In this document: one piece after another, positions 40,278 to 48,049 of the stretch
Numbering within the stretch: position 1 is the first letter of the stretch
Layout of the letters: every line of letters begins with the position of its first letter
Virus record (IMG/VR): IMGVR_UViG_3300025849_000025
Coordinates: 1-64,000 of that record
DNA from: a virus
DNA length: 64,000 bases
Strand: one strand, 5' to 3'
Notes under the pieces: model-generated
What the model was told of the DNA's origin: nothing
Database searches by the model: none
Seen by the model: only the letters and a program-made list of their open reading frames with translations
Position numbers and translations under genes: made by a program

Positions 40278-40285
40278 TATTTATA
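40278..40285 (-). promoter_or_regulatory. T4-type late promoter TATAAATA
   Basis: Exact consensus about 33 nt upstream of the RelA-like gene, inside an otherwise early-type region. Confidence 0.8.
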
Positions 40286-40312
40286 CAAATAGAACACGTC
40301 GAGGGAGAACTT

Positions 40313-40747
40313 TTAAGCCGCCATGGCTTCTTGTTGAGTGCAAACGTAAGGCTTATTCCACTTGCCAACATTGATATCTACATAAAAATCAACATGGTGA
40401 TAATCTGACATTAGATCAGACTCGTCAAACCATTCGTCACCCTTCATGGCTTCTACAAGCTCATTGAAGAAATTCTTTGCCTCATCATCCCAATGAGAGT
40501 CGATGTGATATGTGTTGACTTGAATATACTTATTGGTGTTTTCGTAGTAAGGCATGCCACGACGATCAGCAATCTCTTTGTTTTTTGCGTTCTGCATACC
40601 AACGAAATCGAAATGCGAAGCAGAGATGTTAACAACAAGTGACATATGGTGTTTGATACCAATAGTACCTTTAACGCCATACTTTTTAAGAACTGCTTTG
40701 ATATTAGGAGCTAGTTGCTTTTTACGTTCTTGTGAAATATAAGCCAT
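40313..40747 (-). CDS. Hypothetical early protein
   Basis: ORF after a promoter cassette. Confidence 0.8.
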   Translation of the reverse strand: MAYISQERKKQLAPNIKAVLKKYGVKGTIGIKHHMSLVVNISASHFDFVGMQNAKNKEIADRRGMPYYENTNKYIQVNTYHIDSHWDDEAKNFFNELVEAMKGDEWFDESDLMSDYHHVDFYVDINVGKWNKPYVCTQQEAMAA

Positions 40748-40754
40748 GATTTTT

Positions 40755-40808
40755 TCTCTTTCGTTTTGATTACATATTAGTTATAGAATCAAGTTAACCT
40801 ATTGTCAA
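40755..40808 (-). promoter_or_regulatory. Early promoter cassette with GATTC and shared leader
   Basis: TTGACA-ATAGGTTAACTTGATTC-TATAAC followed by TAATATGTAATCAAAACGAAAGAGA. Confidence 0.8.
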
Positions 40809-40817
40809 CCCTTTATT

Positions 40818-41129
40818 TTAAAGATTGGCAACTTTTTCTACCGCACGGTTAAGATCACGCACATTCCAATCAGCACCAACAATAAATTCGTGACCAACAA
40901 ACTCTTCTTCTGCATCACGCAATTCTATCATAGCGGCAACCAAATCATCAGTGTTAGTGATGTCATAGTCAGCAACATTACTCCACGCACGAGACGCCCA
41001 ACGAGGGTCAGCTAACATTGACACAGTACGGATCATTGCAATCTTCTTGTCTGTGATTGCTTTACGCTCAGGGTTAAATGTCATTTCAATCGACTTGAGT
41101 GCTTTTTCCATCGCGGGAGAATTTGTCAT
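40818..41129 (-). CDS. Hypothetical early protein
   Basis: ORF after a promoter cassette. Confidence 0.75.
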   Translation of the reverse strand: MTNSPAMEKALKSIEMTFNPERKAITDKKIAMIRTVSMLADPRWASRAWSNVADYDITNTDDLVAAMIELRDAEEEFVGHEFIVGADWNVRDLNRAVEKVANL

Positions 41130-41140
41130 CTGATCTGTCT

Positions 41141-41191
41141 CTTTCGTTTTGATTACATATAACTTATAGAATCAACGGTGGTTGCTGTCAA
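41141..41191 (-). promoter_or_regulatory. Early promoter cassette with GATTC and shared leader
   Basis: TTGACA-GCAACCACCGTTGATTC-TATAAG; 36 nt identical to 42531-42566. Confidence 0.8.
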
Positions 41192-41194
41192 GAA

Positions 41195-41548
41195 CTATTT
41201 CTTCCAAACAGCAACAAAACCAAACATTTTTCTTTTGTCTTTTTTTCTAGGATCGGTATCGACAACAGTGTTACCGTCTCTATCAATCACTAATACATGA
41301 CCATCAACTCTTGCAACAAACGCAATGATGTCTTTATCTTTAGAGGCGATTTTTCTGATCTTTGGTCTAGCGGCTCCAACAGTGGTTGCGCTACCTAAAG
41401 CAGACAAACGACTACGAACAGCAAAGCCATTACGACGTAAGGTATTGTCCCAAACGTTCTTACCTGTTCTATCGTTCCATGTAGTGCCTGTCACACCGAA
41501 GAAGTTCAAAGTAGCACTGGCACATGGGGTTTTTACTAAAACAGTCAT
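41195..41548 (-). CDS. Hypothetical early protein
   Basis: ORF with C...GHV motif after a promoter cassette. Confidence 0.7.
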   Translation of the reverse strand: MTVLVKTPCASATLNFFGVTGTTWNDRTGKNVWDNTLRRNGFAVRSRLSALGSATTVGAARPKIRKIASKDKDIIAFVARVDGHVLVIDRDGNTVVDTDPRKKDKRKMFGFVAVWKK

Positions 41549-41621
41549 TGATTCGTCTCTTTCTCTTGATTACACTTATTATTACCAAAAGAAGAAAGCC
41601 CAGTCAAGGGCTTTTTTGTTT

Positions 41622-41912
41622 TTAAACCAAGTTTTTCATAATAGCTTCGATCTCGCTATCTTCAATCAAACGTTCGAGATAACCAACAACTTTGATCAAC
41701 TGATCCTTTGCGCTATCAAGATCGTGTGTGGCGTCTGCAAGAGCATCTTGGAGATGATTGATCTTTTGTTCATCTTCATCTTCCATACCGTCGTACAGAT
41801 CGATATTATCATTGCTACGCTGTGACTCACGCTTTGCGGCGTCGAGGTTTGAAATTACAGTATCAACATCAGAAGTGATATTTTCAAGTTCAGTTTTCAT
41901 TTCGTCATTCAT
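41622..41912 (-). CDS. Hypothetical coiled-coil protein
   Basis: Acidic helical ORF with AAGGA SD. Confidence 0.75.
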   Translation of the reverse strand: MNDEMKTELENITSDVDTVISNLDAAKRESQRSNDNIDLYDGMEDEDEQKINHLQDALADATHDLDSAKDQLIKVVGYLERLIEDSEIEAIMKNLV

Positions 41913-41964
41913 AGCTTATCCTTTCAAGGTTACTCTTACTGTTTAGCGAATCGTGGTGGGGTTG

Positions 41965-42153
41965 TCAACTCTTTTTTTGGTAATCACCACAATCATTTGA
42001 AAAGTCTGACAGGGCAATTGGTGCATAATCAAGCCCAAATGACTCTGCCCAAGCGTCTGCTTCTGCACTTACTTGTGGTGAAAAGTTTCTATGACATTGT
42101 GTGTTTGTGCAATCGCTGTTGCAAAATGTTTTATCTTTATAACAAAAAGCCAT
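41965..42153 (-). CDS. Small Cys-rich hypothetical protein
   Basis: Probable start MAFCYKDKTFCNSDCTNTQC right after the upstream stop. Confidence 0.6.
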   Translation of the reverse strand: MAFCYKDKTFCNSDCTNTQCHRNFSPQVSAEADAWAESFGLDYAPIALSDFSNDCGDYQKKS

Positions 42154-42154
42154 A

Positions 42155-42520
42155 TTATGATCCTGTTGTGAGTTTAAGTGAACCGTCTTCTTGCATCTCA
42201 AAGTTTTCAATGTAAGCGTGATGCGTACCACTTAGTTTGATGCAAGTTTCAGCGGCTTTCCACAATGCTTTGATTGTACCGTCTACTGCCCAAGCAGTAA
42301 CTTCGATGGTAGTGCGCTTACCACGATCTTTGATGTCTGCCATCAAGTCTTCTTGCGAAGCATTAGGATCGACAGTTTCGTAAACAACCTTACGTGCTTT
42401 GTTGGTAAGAATTGCGTGATCTGAATCTTTAAGACCGACTTCGTAGATACTCCAAACAGTAGACATGTTCAGTTCATCTTTCATTGCGAAGAAGTGGTTC
42501 ATTGTGGTTTCAAAAGACAT
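42155..42520 (-). CDS. Hypothetical early protein
   Basis: ORF ending HHAYIE...LTTGS after a promoter cassette. Confidence 0.75.
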   Translation of the reverse strand: MSFETTMNHFFAMKDELNMSTVWSIYEVGLKDSDHAILTNKARKVVYETVDPNASQEDLMADIKDRGKRTTIEVTAWAVDGTIKALWKAAETCIKLSGTHHAYIENFEMQEDGSLKLTTGS

Positions 42521-42530
42521 TCTATTCTCA

Positions 42531-42581
42531 CTTTCGTTTTGATTACATATAACTTATAGAATCAACTTAACTGGTTGTCAA
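42531..42581 (-). promoter_or_regulatory. Early promoter cassette with GATTC and shared leader
   Basis: TTGACA-ACCAGTTAAGTTGATTC-TATAAG. Confidence 0.8.
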
Positions 42582-42832
42582 CAACTTTCTTCAAGAATGG
42601 TGACTTGATGACCATATGCCCAATGACCATTATCAAGATCAAAGATACAGTTGTCTTTGATTGTATTTGGAACTTTCGGGACATCCACACCATACTTACT
42701 GCCACTGCAAATATCTTCAACAATTTCAATCGCAGTTACGTTAGCGTATCCGTGACGCATACTCCAAACCATATCACCTACATTAATCATAATTTCAACT
42801 TTCTCTTTGTTGCCTTTATTGTGGGTAAGCAA
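42578..42832 (-). CDS. Hypothetical protein
   Basis: DLDNGHWAYG motif; true start may be MINVGD. Confidence 0.65.
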   Translation of the reverse strand: MLTHNKGNKEKVEIMINVGDMVWSMRHGYANVTAIEIVEDICSGSKYGVDVPKVPNTIKDNCIFDLDNGHWAYGHQVTILEESC

Positions 42833-43073
42833 CTGTTAATTCGCTGAGAACCATACTTTCCATCATTGAATTAAAAACTTGGTTAAATTCTGCAACAGTA
42901 AGTTTTCTGCCCTCATGCTCTTGGATGATGTCGATTTTCCCTAAGATAATCGCCCCCGCCCAATCGGTAGCCTCATCTTGAGTATCAAAGATGCGAACTT
43001 CTGGCTCAGACGTATCGGCTATTTTTAAAGAAACTTTATATTTTTTCATTTTAGAAACTTTATATTTTTTCAT
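42816..43073 (-). CDS. Hypothetical protein, paralogue of 43129-43356
   Basis: Shares YKVS..IA...EPEVR.FDT.DEATDW. Confidence 0.7.
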   Translation of the reverse strand: MKKYKVSKMKKYKVSLKIADTSEPEVRIFDTQDEATDWAGAIILGKIDIIQEHEGRKLTVAEFNQVFNSMMESMVLSELTVAYPQ

Positions 43074-43076
43074 TTT
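43029..43076. repeat. Perfect 24-nt tandem duplication spanning a start codon
   Basis: agaaactttatattttttcatttt x2, giving MKKYKVSK-MKKYKVSL. Confidence 0.9.
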
Positions 43077-43128
43077 ATCTATCCTTTTGTTTGTTACCTT
43101 TAGTGTATACCATATTGATTCGATGTTG

Positions 43129-43356
43129 TCAAGGGAAAACTTCTTCGAAACGCATTAAAGACATTACGTCATCACGAACTTCACAAATTTCTCGAACGGT
43201 AAGGTTTCCATTCGCATCATCTTGAGCAAAATCAATCTGCTCTTGGATGCACTCATCAATCCAATCGGTAGCCTCATCATGAGTATCAAAGGTGCGAACT
43301 TCTGGCTCAGCCAAAGCGGCTATAGCATAAGAAACTTTATATCGAACATCACGCAT
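43129..43356 (-). CDS. Hypothetical protein, paralogue of 42816-43073
   Basis: Shared motif as above. Confidence 0.7.
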   Translation of the reverse strand: MRDVRYKVSYAIAALAEPEVRTFDTHDEATDWIDECIQEQIDFAQDDANGNLTVREICEVRDDVMSLMRFEEVFP

Positions 43357-43360
43357 ATTA

Positions 43361-43498
43361 TTAACCTTTCAATCCGTCAGTAAGACCCATCATTTCACAA
43401 TACTCAGGAAACTTTGCCCACAACTCTTTAATAACCACAGACTTATCTGCGCCTTCAGTCATATAAGCTTTTTTAAGAAGTGTTTCGAATTCTTGCAT
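43361..43498 (-). CDS. Small hypothetical protein (45 aa)
   Basis: Not in the ORF track; MQEFETLLKKAYMTEGADK..., GAGG SD, directly after a promoter cassette. Confidence 0.65.
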   Translation of the reverse strand: MQEFETLLKKAYMTEGADKSVVIKELWAKFPEYCEMMGLTDGLKG

Positions 43499-43527
43499 AA
43501 TGTACCTCATCATTTGATTACTAATAT

Positions 43528-43564
43528 GTTATAGAATCAAAAAAGGGGGCTGTCAACCCCCTTT
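43528..43564 (-). promoter_or_regulatory. Terminator-promoter cassette
   Basis: GGGGG-TTGACA-GCCCCC-TTTTTT-GATTC-TATAAC. Confidence 0.8.
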
Positions 43565-43613
43565 ATGCCCTTGGTAGGGTCTTAATGCGGATACTTTCGT
43601 AGAGCCGCCACAA

Positions 43614-43835
43614 TTAATCTTTCTTTGATACGAAAGAGTACATCTCTTTGGCTTTATCCATGAGTTCATCCATAGAATACATCTTGTAGGTTTCTTTGGC
43701 TTCTTCCATGGTTTGTTTGCCTTGCTGTACCATGTTCTCCGCGAACTGGACATTCATATGGTATTGTTGATCCATATAATCTTTAGCAAGTTGTAGCATT
43801 TCTGCACGAATTTCAAATGGGTTTTTATTAGACAT
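43614..43835 (-). CDS. Hypothetical protein
   Basis: MSNKNPFEIRAEMLQLAKDY; AGGAG SD. Confidence 0.8.
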   Translation of the reverse strand: MSNKNPFEIRAEMLQLAKDYMDQQYHMNVQFAENMVQQGKQTMEEAKETYKMYSMDELMDKAKEMYSFVSKKD

Positions 43836-43885
43836 AATAGTCTCCTTTGTGTGTATGTGTGATGTTACTTAATGTAACGGTTTAT

Positions 43886-44101
43886 TTATCCTCCTGGGAC
43901 AAATTCTTTTGGTGTAAACCAAACTTTCTGGTCATGTATTCTGCCAAGAAGTTGTTGTATCTCTCGCATTTCGTCTACGATCTGTTGAGATGTATGTCCT
44001 GTAGCAATTGCCAAGCCTCTACGACCAGCCTTGTTTCTTAAAGCAGATTCAATAACTTCAATGTCTCTTATGCTGAGTTCGAATTTTGTATTAGGTTTCA
44101 T
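43886..44101 (-). CDS. Hypothetical protein
   Basis: ATGA-coupled ORF. Confidence 0.7.
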   Translation of the reverse strand: MKPNTKFELSIRDIEVIESALRNKAGRRGLAIATGHTSQQIVDEMREIQQLLGRIHDQKVWFTPKEFVPGG

Positions 44102-44517
44102 GCTGGATTGAAAACGTCATTTGGAATACTTGACATCTTCTTTGTCTTGAAGAAACCGATGTACTCTGGATACTTGATCATAAACAGACGTGCAAACAAT
44201 GCTACGTAATTGTTAGAAATCTTGTATTTGTCGCCAGTAGTAACAACATCAGTTTCCCAACGTACACGGTTAATAATCAACCAACCACTGAGTTGTGTGT
44301 GACCTGCTCTGATGGCTTCTTTGGTGAACTGTTCAAATAGTTCGAAGAACGCTGGGTTCTCTCTATGCCAAATTAGCCACTTTCTGCCAAGTGTATTTGC
44401 CATCATTTGATCACAATAATCTTGTTCAGTAATCTCTGAGAGCGTGTCGATATAACTTGCTTGTTCGTTCATAATATAAATCTCCGTTAGGTTTTTTTGG
44501 CTTTGTTCGATTTCCAA
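44098..44517 (-). CDS. Hypothetical protein
   Basis: WHRENP...RVRWE...YKISNNY.A.FAR motif. Confidence 0.7.
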   Translation of the reverse strand: MEIEQSQKNLTEIYIMNEQASYIDTLSEITEQDYCDQMMANTLGRKWLIWHRENPAFFELFEQFTKEAIRAGHTQLSGWLIINRVRWETDVVTTGDKYKISNNYVALFARLFMIKYPEYIGFFKTKKMSSIPNDVFNPA

Positions 44518-44708
44518 AGGTAATTGATATCTTCCTCAGCGGTTCTTGCTGAATCTTCATAGACTTTAATTACATTACCTTTTTTTTCTAGCCACTGTTG
44601 AATTAGAAGTTGATCGGCATCATCAGACGCACGATCTTCCATTCGTTCGATTTCTGCGCTCGACATAGGAGCCGAACGCAGATTAGTTTTGGTTTCACTT
44701 TTTACCAT
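44487..44708 (-). CDS. Hypothetical protein
   Basis: Overlap-coupled ORF. Confidence 0.6.
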   Translation of the reverse strand: MVKSETKTNLRSAPMSSAEIERMEDRASDDADQLLIQQWLEKKGNVIKVYEDSARTAEEDINYLWKSNKAKKT

Positions 44709-45474
44709 AAGTTGTTTTTAGCCTTTCTTGTGAAACAAATTCTGGCTCATACATGCCATTCTCGATTTCACGTTTGATAACAACGCCAGACCACCATTCT
44801 TTATTCATCTGTCCAGCCCAACCTTCTGGTGCGCCTTTATAACAACCTGCAACTAAGCCGATTGCGCCATAAGGATGCACATCATCTCGAATTTTCATAT
44901 CACGCTTATGACTGTGACCACAAGTTGCGCTACCAAAGCGCTTAGCTAGAATACCCGCAGCATGGTTTACACCAGACATTGGACGATAACCATTAGTAAA
45001 GAAATGAGCATAACTAACACCATCATAATCATAGATAGCAGGTGCGTCATGTTCATACTCGTGGTATTCGTCGAACCAAGTGTCTGTACCAAGATGCTTG
45101 AAAGAAATACCGTACTTCTCACCTTCGATGCGAGGGTCCATTGCGATAGCTCTTCTAATCCTAGTCTCGTGATTGCCTTCAAATCCGTAATATGCAGGAC
45201 GTTTGCGTTTATTAGCTTTAAACTTAATACGCATACGATCCATTGCTTCGTTGTAGCATTCAATGTCTGCTTCATAGCTTTGGCTTACGAAATTCTTCGG
45301 AGCCTTGGCTGAATCAAAACTGTTCAGTGACCGCATATCTGCACCGTCACCTAAATCTACAACGTAGTCAGGTTTTACGTCCCAGATTAATTCGCCCAAC
45401 CAATCAAATCGCTCGTTGCTAACTTGAGGGTCACTATGGGCGCATGAAAACACAACTGCTGTTTTACCTGCCAT
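44695..45474 (-). CDS. Calcineurin-like metallophosphoesterase
   Basis: S-CAH, DLGDGAD, EGNHE and GHSH motifs. Confidence 0.85.
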   Translation of the reverse strand: MAGKTAVVFSCAHSDPQVSNERFDWLGELIWDVKPDYVVDLGDGADMRSLNSFDSAKAPKNFVSQSYEADIECYNEAMDRMRIKFKANKRKRPAYYGFEGNHETRIRRAIAMDPRIEGEKYGISFKHLGTDTWFDEYHEYEHDAPAIYDYDGVSYAHFFTNGYRPMSGVNHAAGILAKRFGSATCGHSHKRDMKIRDDVHPYGAIGLVAGCYKGAPEGWAGQMNKEWWSGVVIKREIENGMYEPEFVSQERLKTTYGKK

Positions 45475-45565
45475 TAGTGTTAATCTCCTTACATAATTTA
45501 AATGTACCTATATTATATCATAATGACTATAATCTGTCAAGTAAATATGGTATTAGCACATATTA

Positions 45566-45597
45566 TAAAAAAATGGGAAGGCGGTTGCCTTCCCACT
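45566..45597 (-). terminator. Intrinsic terminator after hsp20
   Basis: TGGGAAGGC-AACC-GCCTTCCCA followed by T7 on the minus strand. Confidence 0.85.
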
Positions 45598-45610
45598 GAT
45601 GCTTAGGACA

Positions 45611-46054
45611 TCACCCCTTTAGAAGCTGAGGTTCCGCACGATTGATTTCAATTTTACGAGGTTTCTTTGCTTCTGGTATTACGTTTTCCAACTTGACGGT
45701 TAAAATACCATCAATAAGGTCAGCGCCCATCACAACAACTGTATCAGCTAATGTGAAAACTCTTGAGAAGGAACGTCCAGAAATTCCACGATGGATGTAA
45801 TGCTTCTCATCTGTGGCTTCCTGTTTACCTTCGATTGTTAGTACCCCTTCTTTGATCTGAATATCAAGATCGTCATAGGTGAACCCAGCAATTGCTAACT
45901 GCAATTCATATTGGTCATCGTCTACCTTGACGATGTTGTAGGGTGGGTAAGCCTGTTGATTTGGGGTTGTGTCTCTCATTCTTTCAATCATTCGGTCAAA
46001 GCCGATTAAGAATGGATCATTTAAAAAATCAGTTGTAATTCTACGTGTATTCAT
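45611..46054 (-). CDS. hsp20: Small heat-shock protein Hsp20 (IbpA-like)
   Basis: YPPYNI, LAIAGF, YIHRGIS.RSF.R.F and A.L.DG.L motifs; start MNTRR after AAGGAG. Confidence 0.93.
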   Translation of the reverse strand: MNTRRITTDFLNDPFLIGFDRMIERMRDTTPNQQAYPPYNIVKVDDDQYELQLAIAGFTYDDLDIQIKEGVLTIEGKQEATDEKHYIHRGISGRSFSRVFTLADTVVVMGADLIDGILTVKLENVIPEAKKPRKIEINRAEPQLLKG

Positions 46055-46112
46055 TTTGCTATCTCCTTTATTAAGCAAGATTAATGTGCGTGACCCATTA
46101 GGCATCACGCAA
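46055..46112 (-). promoter_or_regulatory. ROSE-like RNA thermometer 5' UTR
   Basis: 5' hairpin plus UCUU(G)CUU pairing with the SD AAGGAGA, with a bulged G. Confidence 0.65.
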
Positions 46113-46113
46113 T

Positions 46114-46121
46114 TATTTATA
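46114..46121 (-). promoter_or_regulatory. T4-type late promoter TATAAATA upstream of hsp20
   Basis: Exact consensus. Confidence 0.75.
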
Positions 46122-46145
46122 AAACATTTTCACCAGAATACCAAA

Positions 46146-46463
46146 TTAATTGGTATATGGCACAAAATCACTACCGTTAGCTACCATGCATGCCCAACCA
46201 TTTTGATACAACGCAACTAAAGTCCAAGTGCCTGTATCTTGATTGGTAGTGAAAATCATTTCAGAATTCACGAATTGACCACTTGCGTGTTGTTGTAACA
46301 TCTTACCATTAAACAATATTGTTTCGCCGTATTTTGATGTTTGTTCTGCCACGTTGGCAAACGTTGCGCAAGATTGTACTGCTTGGAAAGGTGGCACTTC
46401 TTGTTCTTGAGCCACAACTACTGTTGCAGAAAGTAGGGTAATCGGTAGTAAGTATTTAAGCAT
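46146..46463 (-). CDS. Predicted secreted/periplasmic protein
   Basis: Sec-type signal MLKYLLPITLLSATVVVA-QE; two Cys. Confidence 0.7.
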   Translation of the reverse strand: MLKYLLPITLLSATVVVAQEQEVPPFQAVQSCATFANVAEQTSKYGETILFNGKMLQQHASGQFVNSEMIFTTNQDTGTWTLVALYQNGWACMVANGSDFVPYTN

Positions 46464-46466
46464 AGC

Positions 46467-46973
46467 TTATTCTCCTGTTGAACCGAAACCCCCATCGCGT
46501 TCTGTCAACTCCATTGGTTTTGTTGTTTCTGTAAATTTTTGTTGGATAACTTTTTCAACTAAACCTTGAGCTACACGATCACCATTAGTGATCTTGACAA
46601 GACTATCGGTATTGTTTTGTAACATAACAAACGTTTCTAGTGTGTAGTCTGAATCAATAATACCTGTGCCATTTGCTAATGACAAACCTTTCTTGAAGGC
46701 TGAACCAGAGCGAATGTATAGTTTCATAACATGTTTCTCTGGTACGTCGAAAATCAATCCTGTGGGTATTAGAACCCGAATTCCTGGTGGCAACTGAAAA
46801 GCATCTTTGTCGGTGGACACGCCCTTGACTGCAACATTTTGGGACTTATTCCAAGAGTTGTAACCCTTTAGCATATCACCATTCTTAAAACATGCTTTAA
46901 TATCAAAACAAGCTGAGCCTTTAGTAGCATACTCAGGTAGCTCTGCATTTTCATTCATTCTATAAATATTCAT
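46467..46973 (-). CDS. dut: Trimeric dUTPase
   Basis: GSACFD, RSG, GIIDSDY, GDRVAQ and RDGGFGSTG motifs. Confidence 0.95.
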   Translation of the reverse strand: MNIYRMNENAELPEYATKGSACFDIKACFKNGDMLKGYNSWNKSQNVAVKGVSTDKDAFQLPPGIRVLIPTGLIFDVPEKHVMKLYIRSGSAFKKGLSLANGTGIIDSDYTLETFVMLQNNTDSLVKITNGDRVAQGLVEKVIQQKFTETTKPMELTERDGGFGSTGE

Positions 46974-46974
46974 T

Positions 46975-47379
46975 TCACTTCTTTCCGATGTTATACTTGG
47001 GCTGTAAAGTCCAATTACCTTTCTCTTTATGAGATAAGATTTTGATTTGATTTAGCTGAGCTACAGGGTCTTGGGCTTTCTCTGTTTCAACAACAGCAAC
47101 CAATCCCCACTCCTCTAAAAGATTAACAATAGTATTTCTTCTTGATGCGTCTTCGTCGATAAAGGTATCTGTCTTACCATCTAGTATGAAGAGTTCCTTA
47201 AAGTGTAGTATAGCATATCTACCTTGTTTATGCAAGATATGACAAGTTTGGTACAGTGTTTTTTCTTTTCTTGACGAAATGCCAATTCGTGTGAGAGTTT
47301 CTTTTACCTTAAGGAAACTATCTGGCGTGGGGAGAGTAATCTCAATACCTACGCCTTTAAATATATCTTCTGAGTTCAT
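46975..47379 (-). CDS. regA: Translational repressor RegA
   Basis: FLKVKETLTRIG, LYQTCHILHKQG.Y.I.HFKELF. Confidence 0.95.
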   Translation of the reverse strand: MNSEDIFKGVGIEITLPTPDSFLKVKETLTRIGISSRKEKTLYQTCHILHKQGRYAILHFKELFILDGKTDTFIDEDASRRNTIVNLLEEWGLVAVVETEKAQDPVAQLNQIKILSHKEKGNWTLQPKYNIGKK

Positions 47380-47469
47380 AATCCAAAGCACCTTTTTTTA
47401 TTATTATTATGTTATGCTGATCATCAAATTTTTCGACCATCGGATATATTTATCTAAATTAGCTTTTCT

Positions 47470-47865
47470 CTACCCCCCTGTTTCTAACTTTGCACGGACT
47501 TGTTCAATCTGTTGAACATTAAGCGCCTTCTTGTACATTTTAGCGACAGTGCGGTTACAACCATACACTTCTTGGAGTGCATCTAGGTCTTTATCCACAT
47601 CTGGTTTGTTCCACTTAGAGAAACGTTTACGTTTACGCAAAGCCCCACGATAGTAGTCGAACTGAGCGCCATTAAACAACTCAGGGCGCATGTTCATCTC
47701 ATTTGCATGTAGAATTGTATCTTCGAAGTTCGAGAAGCCACGGTTGACAATATAAGGTATGTACAGCTTTTCAGCTTGCTCTGGGATATCATGATCATTA
47801 ATGAGATCGTCCTTAGAGAACGAAGCCGCATTCATGAAATCAAAAGGTGTTATTTCTTTCGGCAA
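47470..47865 (-). CDS. gp62: Clamp loader small subunit gp62
   Basis: YIPYIVNRGFS, ANEMN and RKRKRFSKW; synteny with gp44 and regA. Confidence 0.88.
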   Translation of the reverse strand: MPKEITPFDFMNAASFSKDDLINDHDIPEQAEKLYIPYIVNRGFSNFEDTILHANEMNMRPELFNGAQFDYYRGALRKRKRFSKWNKPDVDKDLDALQEVYGCNRTVAKMYKKALNVQQIEQVRAKLETGG

Positions 47866-48049
47866 TTGTATTCTCCAAATCTTTCAACATATCATTAAAC
47901 GGTATAGCACAGGATGCGCAAAGTTTCAAGCTTAATTGTCCATCCTGTGTATCGACATTAACTGTGTTAATATCTTTTTTTGGTATTTTCTCTTTGCACT
48001 CCCAACAGACAACTTTGCTGTCTGTTGGGAGTTTATTCCACCAACCCAT
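47840..48049 (-). CDS. Small zinc-finger-like protein
   Basis: CxxC...CxxC, coupled between gp44 and gp62. Confidence 0.65.
   Translation of the reverse strand: MGWWNKLPTDSKVVCWECKEKIPKKDINTVNVDTQDGQLSLKLCASCAIPFNDMLKDLENTIAERNNTF

Noticed and set aside
40246-40371. Extended N-terminus of the RelA-like ORF given in the track
   Set aside because: It overlaps the upstream gene and the late promoter; the SD and targeting motif support ATG at 40245.
40755-43556. Repeated ~36-nt motif considered as a CRISPR array
   Set aside because: Copies are separated by whole genes at irregular spacing and contain promoter and leader elements; no cas genes seen.
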